Assembly: GCA_013416795.1 (NCBI GenBank)
Contig: RQSC01000440.1
Span: 13,244-39,820, forward strand
Reading direction: 5' to 3'
Source: Prasinococcaceae sp. CCMP 1430
Lineage: Eukaryota; Plantae; Prasinodermophyta
DNA: 26,577 nt
Positions 7,695-17,043 of this stretch are shown here, piece by piece (the stretch's first letter is position 1; each line of letters opens with the position of its first letter). The notes under the pieces were generated by a model that made no database searches, was not told where the DNA came from, and saw nothing but the letters and a program-made list of their open reading frames with translations. A program made the position numbers and the translations under genes.

Positions 7695-10600
7695 CTACTC
7701 CGACCTCTCCGAGCTGCCTGAGGGCTTTGTGTCCTCGGTGAGCGCCGCAGCGCCGAACGTGACGGAGATCGATCTGCGCTCTAATGCGCTCACCGAGCTG
7801 CCGGATGACTTTGGTGACTTCAAGTCCCTGCGCGTGCTCAGGCTCAACTACAATCGCCTGAGCGCGTTCCCGACCGTGCTGGTCGGCTTGCCGCGCCTCG
7901 CGTCACTGGAGCTCTCGGGGAACCAGATTCTTCGCGTGGACGGCGCCGTCGCGCACGCGCCAGCTCTGGAGTACCTCGACTTGAGCGGCAACCAGCTCGA
8001 TTCTCTGCCGGATGGGCTGTGCGATGTTTCCACGCTGGTCAACGTCAACCTGGAGAACAACCTGCTCGAGGAGCTACCCGCAGACATCGGCAATCTGTCG
8101 CGCCTGCAGAAGCTAGACCTGAGCACGAACCGCCTCACGGCGTTGCCGGCGTCCGTGGGCAAACTGCGCTCGTTGCTGACGCTGGACGCCGCGAGCAATC
8201 AGCTCCAGGAGGTGCCCGCTTCGTTGGGCCACGTCAAGACCCTGCGCGAGATGGATTTGCGCTACAACGACCTGAAGGAGCCTTTGAAGTCGCGTCTCGA
8301 CGAGGGATTGTTCAACTTCCTCGCCTTTCTGCGCGAAGAGGAAGAGCGCTTAGAGCTCGAAGAGATTGAGCGCCTGAAGCCCGCGGCCGTCGAGGCCGCC
8401 CCGTGGACAGAATACCGCATGAAACGACCGCCAGCGGAGTGCCCGCTGATGCGCGCGGGGCACAGCATTTGCGCGTGTGGGCCGGCCACGATCTTGTTCG
8501 CCGGCACGCACCAGCACGAGGGCAGCGCGCGCACGAGCGAGCTCTGGCACATCGACACGGTGCGCATGGAGTGGAAGCTGCTCCCCACCGACGGCGACTC
8601 GCCGGGTCTGCGCGACGGCCACTGCGCCGCTTGGGACGGCGGAAATCGCATGTACGTCTTCGGCGGGCGCAACGCGGAGCGTAAACGCACCAGCGAGCTC
8701 TACTACCTCGACTTGCGCCCAAGCGACGACGGCGTGTACACGTGGACACGCCTCGCGGCCGACGGCGCGGTGCCAGCCCCTCGCGAGGGCGCCTGTGCCG
8801 TGTTCCACGAAGGCTGTCTGATGGTTTTCGGTGGCAAGGGCAGCAGCGCTCGCTGCAACGATCTGTTCTTCTACGACGCGAGCACGAACATGTGGAGCCA
8901 GCCCACCGCAACTGGCTCGAGCCCGAGCCCACGGTGCAGCGCGGCGCTCGCGGCTTCGGAGGGCATGCTCTTTGTGCACGGCGGACAGGCCAACTTCCTG
9001 TGCCAGGACCTCTTCGCACTCAACCTGCAGGAAATGCTTTGGCGCGAGGTGCCCCAGGCGGGCGCAGTGCCCGGGCCCGTTCATCATCACACTGCCGCGG
9101 TGCATGCGGGGTCGCTCTACATTCAGGGCGGCATCAATGAGCTTGGCGGTGCAAACTACACCATGTCGCGCATCGCGCTGGGAGAGATGTCCTCTGCTAA
9201 GTCGATGGTGGCAGAGGACGCAGGGGAGAGCTCGACCCTGGCCCGCCGCATGAGCATCCCCGCCGGCACGCGCAAGGTGTGGACGGGCGTGAACACCGCG
9301 CTCCAGCACTCTGATGCGCGACTGGCCGTCTTCAGCGCCGAGGGCGCCGAAACGGCAAGGCGATTGCACGTGTACCAGTACGGGTCGGCCGTGATGGGTT
9401 TCATTCCGCTCAACGATGCGGGCACCCCTGGCAAATTCCTCGATGTGTTCAAGGAAGTGCCCCTCGACGACCTCGAGGACAAGGACGACACGGGCGCGGA
9501 GCGGCGTGTCAACGCCAAGTCGCAGCGCGTCAACTTCACCATGCGCACCAAGGCGGGCTCGCTGCCTCCCAGCTACAGCGCCACATCCGACAAGGAGGCG
9601 CGCATGCTCGAGCATGTCGAGTCCTTCCGCCTGCAATTCATTGAGCTCTACCCAGCACGCCGACCGCTGCTGCTGACGCCCGCGAATGAGTCGGGCACGA
9701 AAAAGTTCGTGTGCACAACTCTGCGCCCGACCATGACTGCGTACTCGGAGCTGTACGACGCAGATCCGTGCGCGCGCTTCGTCGCTGACTTCCTTCGGTA
9801 CGAGACCCTTCACGAGCCCGCGAACTACCCAGAGCACGTGCCGAGCCCACTCTCAGTCCTGGGCTACCAGGCGGGCGATTGCTTCGACTTCTCCTTCGTG
9901 CTGGCGAGCCTTTTGCTCGGCGTGGGCTACGACGCGTACGTGGTTGTCGGCTACGCCCCTCGTGCTGTCACAGAGTGTGACCAGAGCCGTTTGAAGTGCC
10001 CACTGCTGGATGAGGAGGAACGGGTCGCCAAGGATAAGGCCAAGACGGAGGCAGAAGCCGCGAAGGCCGCTGCACAGAAGAAGCCCTCCAAGTACTCTTT
10101 CTCTGCGCCGACGAGCCTGGAATCGCAGTTCGAGAAGGACATGCGGATGAAGGAGGAGGAAGCGGAAGCGGAGGAGAAGGGGGCTTCTGTTGCGTTCACG
10201 CATGCGAGCGCGGCCGGTCTCAAGGTGCCCTCTGCGGTTGACCCAGATGATGCGCTTCCCGCCGGCTGCCGCGTGCACTGCTGGGTCATCGTGCTCGCCG
10301 GCAAGCGCGAAGTCACGGAGTCGTATTTCATCGAGCCTAGCACTGGTGCACGCTTCCCGCTGAGTGGAAGCACCTACCAGGGCATTGAGGTGGCATTCAA
10401 CCAGCGCAACTACTGGGTGAACATGCAGGAAGACACCATCAACACGGGCAGCGTGGATGGCATCTCCTGGAACCTCCGTGATAGCAGCAAGTGGGAGCGT
10501 GTGCTCGAAGACTCGATGTACGACGGCGTGCCCATCGTGGAGGGTCGCAGTGACGGTGCAAGCGTCGGGGGCGATGTGGCGGACGGCGGGCTCGTCTCGC

Positions 10601-12081
10601 AGTCCAAGCACAGGCGGCAAGGGAGTACTGCTGGGCTCACGCCGGTCGCGAGCGACTCGGCGAGGAAGAGGAGCTCGAAAGTGGAGGGGGTGGGGGACGA
10701 CGAGCACCTCATCCCTGACGTGCCGCCGTCCTGGGTCCCGCCACTGCATCTTGCGCGCAATCAATTCGACCTGCGCTGCCCGAAGGGCGCGAAAACGACC
10801 CGCTACCACCGCTGTCATTTGGACATCTTTGCGAAGTTCGGCGAGAGCGCCCGCTGGGATGGCATGGTGCAGCGCCTCACGCTTTTTTCGGACGACGCGT
10901 GCTCCGCCATCATCGAGTGCCGCGAGTACTACGAGCGGCGCAAGGATCGCTTGCGCATGCGTGTGCTCTTTCCGGAGCGCGACGAGTCTATCGAGTCGTT
11001 CGATCGCGGTGCTCAATTTGGTCTGCGTGAGATCCGCGCCACGCGCAAGGTCGGCCGTGTGATGACGTTCTACCCTGACAGCCGGCTGGACGGCCTGAGG
11101 GAGCGCCGCGAGGAGTATGGGGCCACGATGGTGGAGACGTTCGAGGGGCGGGACGACCACATGATACGTCGCTCGGTTGCATACGACGCGCTGCCGCCCG
11201 TGCCCGAGCACGGGGCCGAGGAGCAGGCGAGCGCCAAGGCGCTCCGCGAGCGCCAGAACGCGGCCGACGAGCAGCTCTTGCCATTGCGAAAGATCTCTGA
11301 AAAGTTCGAGCGCGATCCGCAGGCCGACGCGGGCACCGACATTGCCAAGCGGGTGTTCTACATCGGAGCTGACCAGATCAAGCTCCAGTTCCACTACAAA
11401 CCCGGGCGCATCACAGCAAGCTCGCGCGTCTATACCAAGGATGGCACCGCGCATGAGACGCAGGTGGACCCTTTTGGTGCGCAGCCGAACGAGTCGGAGC
11501 TGCTCGATGAGTTCCGGGCGCTGATTGTGGCGGAGAGGGAATGCATTGCGTCTGTGCGCACCGTTGAGACGGAGGTCAAGGACATCTCTGCAAGCCGTAC
11601 CAAGCAGGAACAAGGGATCGCTCTCCTCGTACCCTTCTACGACGTGATTCGCGTGTCGGCGAACGAGAGCGACGACGATGAGAACGAGGCCGAGAACAAG
11701 GCCGTGCACGACTACCTCAGCTCGTTCCTCCTGCCGGTGGCCGCGCAGAGGCCGCTCACCCACGAGGAGTGCAAGGAGGTGCGCAAGGCTTGCCTCAGAG
11801 CACTCAAAGACAGGCTCATCGATCGCGCCAACATCATCCAGGCGCGTCATGACGAGGAGACCGCCGCGCTTGCCAAGCGCCAGGCCAACTTCCAGCGCGA
11901 CCGCGACCAGATGTCGCGCGACGAGGAGGAGGAGTACGAGCGTTCGTGCGAGGAGAGCATGTTCCGCATCCACATCCTCGAGCAGCGCCTCAAGCGCCAC
12001 GAGGAAGCCGCGCTCGAGAAGTACTACCACCTTGACGCCAAGCTGCGTGCGGACCCGCGCCTCAGGGAGCTCGCCATGTGA
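7695..12081 (+). CDS. DRC7: Dynein regulatory complex subunit 7 (CCDC135/FAP50 family) with N-terminal LRR and Kelch repeats; 5' end unresolved
   Basis: LxxLxLxxNxL repeats (~7695-8290), GG-containing Kelch repeats (~8430-9180), then the DRC7 signature KFVCTTLRPT...ELYD...GDCFDFSFVLASLLLGVGYDAYVVVGYA, RVHCWV, and a C-terminal coiled coil. Single long exon. Nearest in-frame ATG is 7573; probable acceptor at 7694. Confidence 0.92.
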
Positions 12082-12109
12082 TTGTACGCCCCGCGCGCCC
12101 GTGCCTTTC

Positions 12110-12114
12110 TGTAA
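12110..12114 (+). promoter_or_regulatory. TGTAA candidate poly(A) signal for DRC7
   Basis: TGTAA 29 nt after the DRC7 stop. An AATAAA lies on the minus strand at 12166-12171 for the convergent MBD4 gene. Confidence 0.45.
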
Positions 12115-12197
12115 TTCTAATAATCACGAACGCAGCCGCATCGCAAGGGCTACCACGTGCACGGTTTTATTACGCGCTCCGGTGAGCGTGCTCCATC

Positions 12198-13212
12198 TCA
12201 CGCCGCCGCCTCGCTGCCGTCGCCCAGGGCGCTCTCGAGGAATCTGTGGTAAAAGTTGAGCGCGTGGTCGTCGGGCCGCGTCTCGCGCCATCGCCCTAAA
12301 ATGAAGATGGCGTACGCGTCGGCAGCGTACTTGCCGACGCCGTGCAGCTCCATGACGTCCGCCCATGGCTTCTCTGTGTACTCCCTGGAGAAGCGCAGCA
12401 GTGACTTGCTGCGGCGGCGCTGCAAGCCGAGCGGCGCGAGCAGCCGCTCGAGCTCGGCGGCGTCCGGCGCTGCGGCGAGCGCACGGGCGGTTGGGTATCG
12501 GTTGAACAGGGCGGGAAGCACGCGGTCCACCTGCAGGCGCGTCGTACAGTTGAGGAGCATGCAGCTGACCAGCAACTTCCACGGTTCCCGCCGATAAAGC
12601 TCCTCGAGCAGGCCGTACGGACTGTGTGGCGCGAGCCAGCCCGGCACCCGAGCGAGGCCGCGTGGTGAGCCGCCGGACGCGCGCGAGGCCATCGTGGCAC
12701 ACGACAGCAGTGCCCCCTCGAGCTGGTCCAGAAGGCGCCGGGGGGTCCCAGTCGCAGTGTGCTGCGCCTCCCCAGCAGCATCGGGGGATGCCATCCCGTC
12801 CTCGGGTGTGAGCGGTGGGGCGGGCGCGGTCGCGAAGAAGCGGCTCTGCCCCGGCGACGCCACCACCGACGCGCGCCGACGCCGCTTCGGCGTGCGCTGG
12901 GCTCCGGCATCGCTGCAGCCGTCGTCCGAGCGGCGACCCGCGCGGCCACCCTTGCCCTCGCCGTCCGAATCTGCGGCGGCGTCCGCGATGGGCGGCTCGC
13001 GCGGCACGCGTGCGCCGCGGCGAGGCTGGACCTCGGCGCCCAGCGCGCGCAGCGCTGCACCCTCCGTGCGATACTCCTTCGCGTTGCCATCAACGAAGAT
13101 GACCTCCCATGGCACGTGCTGCGCGCCGCGCCGCTGCTGCCGCTCCCTGAGCTCGACGCGCCAGCTGGCCAGGGACGCGGTGGCGTCGGCGACGCCAGCC
13201 GCGGCCGCCGCG
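12198..13212 (-). CDS. MBD4: MBD4-like HhH-GPD T/U:G mismatch DNA glycosylase with an upstream MBD-like domain; 5' end in gap
   Basis: SPYGLLEELY...PWKLLVSCMLLNCT...LAPLGL...LHGVGKYAADAYAIF...RPDDHALNFYH is the MBD4 glycosylase signature. MBD-like segment at ~13038-13175. Confidence 0.9.
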
Positions 13213-13575
13213 NNNNNNNNNNNNNNNNNNNNNNNNNNNNNNNNNNNNNNNNNNNNNNNNNNNNNNNNNNNNNNNNNNNNNNNNNNNNNNNNNNNNNNNN
13301 NNNNNNNNNNNNNNNNNNNNNNNNNNNNNNNNNNNNNNNNNNNNNNNNNNNNNNNNNNNNNNNNNNNNNNNNNNNNNNNNNNNNNNNNNNNNNNNNNNNN
13401 NNNNNNNNNNNNNNNNNNNNNNNNNNNNNNNNNNNNNNNNNNNNNNNNNNNNNNNNNNNNNNNNNNNNNNNNNNNNNNNNNNNNNNNNNNNNNNNNNNNN
13501 NNNNNNNNNNNNNNNNNNNNNNNNNNNNNNNNNNNNNNNNNNNNNNNNNNNNNNNNNNNNNNNNNNNNNNNNNNN
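13213..13575. other. Assembly gap (N run)
   Basis: Run of N. Confidence 1.
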
Positions 13576-13698
13576 GTTGACACTGAAGCCCTCCCCCCTT
13601 CCCCCTGGCCTCGCCTCGCCCGCCGCGGCGGGGGCTGCGTGTTGTGGCTCGCCACCTGGCCGCCCCGGGGCGCGCCCTCGCCTCCCTCCTTGCTTCTT

Positions 13699-13720
13699 AA
13701 ACCCTATGTCATAAACCCTA
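13699..13720 (+). promoter_or_regulatory. Tandem telo-box-like motifs AAACCCTA x2
   Basis: aaacccta at 13699-13706 and 13713-13720, upstream of the MBD4-like gene. Confidence 0.4.
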
Positions 13721-13831
13721 AAACCTGCCTTCGAAATTCCTTTTTTTTTCGGTGCGGCGTGTGCCCCGCGCGCGCGCATTTACAGTAAGAAGCTTCTTAT
13801 TTATCGAGGAAGGAGCGCTGCGGACCGGACG

Positions 13832-14260
13832 GGGGGACACATCCCCGAACGGCCTTCCTTCGTTGCCCGAAATCCCCGAATGAATGGTGGCCCTTTTTGT
13901 TTTTGTTTTTGTGCCCGTAATGAGGCCGTTTCTTACAGTATTAATATGGTGCGTACAGTACATTTTGGACATAAATTCTGGCGTCGGCAGAGAATTTACA
14001 TATGTCCAAAATGTATGGATCGGGGTGCTTTCTTGAGAGCTTCCATAAACTTCCATTTTTACATGCGTTTTTGATATGCATTTTTGATATGTCGGTGCCC
14101 TTCAGTGCTGGGGATTGGGGTGACGGTCCAGGAAGCCGACATTTCGGGCAAAAGAAGGACTGCCCAGGAGTCTGGGAGTGGGAAGCGAAGGGCCACCATT
14201 CCATTCTGAAATGAAATTCCATTTCGGGCCAAAAAGGAGGACCGTTCTGGGATTTCCCCC
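13832..14260. mobile_element. Degenerate inverted-repeat-bounded element (MITE-like relic)
   Basis: Left arm 13832-13895 and right arm 14188-14260 are imperfect reverse complements (gaatgaatggtggccctt vs aagggccaccattccattc; 18/23 match between 13851-13873 and 14221-14243). Interior is AT-richer and non-coding. No TSD identified. Confidence 0.4.
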
Positions 14261-15031
14261 ATTTGTTTTGGCTTTGGTTTTGGGCTCGGTCGCGTTCGAC
14301 GGGGCGGTTCCGGCGTCCCGGCGCGTCCGGTGCCTTTTCCACAAGCGCAGCCCCATCCCACCAAAATCCAATCCGGAAAGTACAAAGTAGTGGCCACCGA
14401 TCGCGCATTCGGGCTCAATTGACGGACGAACGCGCGCACGCGTTGGCGTTTTTTTTTTTTTTTTCCGGGGCCGGCGTCCCGCCGTGGCGCGCGGGTGGGA
14501 AGCGCGCGCGCGCAAAACGTGCGGTGCGCCGCGGCTGGCTGCGCCGCTCCGGGCGCTCGGGGCTCCATAACGAACGGTGATGAAATGGCACATTTCGGAA
14601 TCACATGTGCATGCACGTGACGTAATAATACGGTGGCGAGAGCCCATCCAAATCCAAATCCGTCGCATTTTTGATCTCAGAACCTACGTACAGTTTGTGC
14701 GGTGCGCTGCGCGCGGCGCACGACCGCGTGGAGGCGGGTGTTGGGGAGGAGGGGGGAGGTGTGTGTGGGGGATGTTGCCACAGGGCGCGCGGCGCGTTGC
14801 GCGTGTGTGTGAGGGGGTGGGGCACGCCCCTCGTGGTGGAGGGGAGGTTTAGGTTTCGGGCGGCGGGTGCGGGCGGTGCGGGCGCGCGTGATGCTGCGTG
14901 ATGCTGTGTGTGTGCGTGCGCGCGCGTGTGTGTGCGCGTACGCGCGTCGTGTGTGAGGGCGGGGGTGTGGCGGCACTGGCGGGGGTCGCGCAGCAGAGCT
15001 CGCGCGCCGCGCGCGCGGGGGTGGCGCGCNC

Positions 15032-15496
15032 TCACTCCCGCGCCTCGGCTGCAGCAGCCGCCTCGACCTTTGCCCTGTGCTCTGCTCGCAGGACGCGCCG
15101 CATGACCTTGTTGCTCGCCGTGCGCGGCAGCGCCTCGAGCAGCACGACCTCGTCCACCTTGAAGAGCGGATTGAGATGCACCTTCACCGCCTTGGAGAAG
15201 GCCGCGTGCAGCTGCGCGAGGTCGAGCTCGGCGCCCGCCTTGGCCACCGCGGCAACCACCAGCCGCTCGGGGCCGCCTCCGGCCGGAGGGACCGAGAATG
15301 CGGCGGTCTCCGCCACGCCTTCGAACGCCCCCGCACACGCGCGCTCGATCTCCAGCGAGGACACCTTAATGCCGCCCAGGTTCATGGTGTCGTCGGTGCG
15401 GCCGTGCGCCACGTAGTACCCGCCCGCGAGCCGCTCGACGGCGTCGCCGTGCCGCCTCAGCGTCTCGCCATTCGCGCCCTTGGGCATGCCTTCGTA
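15032..15496 (-). pseudogene. C-terminal fragment of an AAE17/AAE18-type acyl-activating (AMP-binding) enzyme
   Basis: YEGMP...LRRHGD...HGRTDDTMNLGGIKVSSLEIER...GGGPERLV...LNPLFKV...LPRTASNKVMRRVLR matches the AAE17/18 C-terminus. The upstream frame is low-complexity and hits a stop at 15605-15607; no N-terminal part is seen in the window. It could be a functional last exon or a misassembly. Confidence 0.7.
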
Positions 15497-16839
15497 CGCC
15501 CGCGACGCGCCGCTTGCGCTGACGCCGACGCTTGCGCCGACGCCGACGCCGGCGCCGACAGCGCGGCCACGCGTGGTGCGCGCGAACGCGCTTCGGGCGC
15601 GAGCTCAGCGTCGAGCTAAAGATGCTGCTCGAGCGCGGCGGTCGGCGACTGTGGTCGCTGCTGCTGCTGCTGCTGTGGCAGTACCTGCACGGCGTCGCGG
15701 TGCACGCGGTGTACTTCCTGCACCGGCCAGGGCCGCTGCTGCGCGACATGGGCTTCGAGCTGCTCCCCGCATTGGACGAGCACTCGCCCTGGCGGCAGCT
15801 CAGCGAGGTGACGACGTTCGGGATGATCGGCTTCGGCGTGTGCTTCCTCTTCGCGCCGTTCTTCCAGGTGGAGGGGCGCAAGACGTTCTTCACGGTCAAC
15901 CTGGCCAACCGCACGCTGCTGGTGCTCATGTACTGCCAGGCGCTGCGCGTGCTGTCGTTCTTCGGCACGGTGCTGCCCGGGCCCAACTACCACTGCCGCG
16001 AGGGCTCGCCGAGCGCGACGCTCCCGCCGCCGCACGGGCTGTACGACGTGTTGTGGATCGGTGGCAAGACCATCAACCAAAATTGCGGCGACCTCATCTT
16101 CTCGTCGCACACCATCTTCCTGCTGGTGTTCCTGCTCAACTACCAGAAGTACGGGCGCAGCGCCGCCCTGAAGCGCGTGCTGTGGGTGACGGCGGCCATC
16201 ACGGGCGTCTTCATCATCGCCAGCCGCAAGCACTACACCGTCGACATCGTCATTGCGTGGTACACGGTGCCGCTGGTCTACTGGTTTGTCGACCGGCGCA
16301 TGGGCGACCGCGACGTGCACGGCGAGCGGCTGGCGAACCTGTGCGTGGCGTCGGGCGCGTTGGACTCGGCGGCGGGCGGGCTAGCGCTGTACGCGCTGCC
16401 CAAGGGCAAGGGGGAGGGCCTCGTGGCGCAGGCGGCCGCCGCGAAGGTGGCCGCCGCGCAGGCGGCCGCCGCGCAGCCGCACCGGGGTGGCGGGGCGGCG
16501 CACGTGGCGCTCGACATCATGGGATCGGTGTCGAACGGCTTTGCCACCAGGGGGGCCGCACCAAAGACGCAAGCGATGCGCGTCTTGGAGCTGCTCGAAG
16601 AGAATCGCCTGCTGCGCGAGGAGCTCAGCATGGTCGGGGGGCGGAGGCATGGCGGTCCCGGCAGCGGCGTGGGGTCGAGTGGCTCGTCAGACGGTAGTGG
16701 CTCCGGTGGCGAAAGCAGCGCGAGTGCTGTGGGGAGGTCCACGTCGCGCGCGAGCTCCACGGACTACTACGGCAGGGCGGGGCGCGGGATGCACAGGCGC
16801 GAACCGTCAGCACCGGACCTGCTCGCGCACTTCAACTGA
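15486..16839 (+). CDS. IPCS: Plant-type inositol phosphorylceramide synthase (sphingomyelin synthase family); 5' junction unresolved
   Basis: QYLHG...LHRPGP...DMGF, LPGPNYHCREGS, CGDLIFSSH and ASRKHYTVD motifs, plus several hydrophobic segments. The main frame is open from 15562; the apparent start MPSYARDAP at 15486 is in another frame. Confidence 0.9.
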
Positions 16840-16881
16840 TGCAGACGAGGGGACGTGGGGGCCGGGGGGTGGGGGGTGGGT

Positions 16882-16891
16882 CCCCCCCCCC

Positions 16892-16933
<42 letters not shown>
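16882..16933. repeat. C12 followed by G40 homopolymer
   Basis: C run 16882-16893 and G run 16894-16933, between the convergent IPCS and DET1 stops. Confidence 0.85.
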
Positions 16934-16935
<2 letters not shown>

Positions 16936-17043
16936 GGGGGCGGAGTGCGCGGCAGAAGCTGCTGCACGGACGAATGGAACGGAATGGCCTCTCGGCGCGA
17001 CAGAAGGTAATAATGATACATATGACTATAGAAGCACGGCCCA

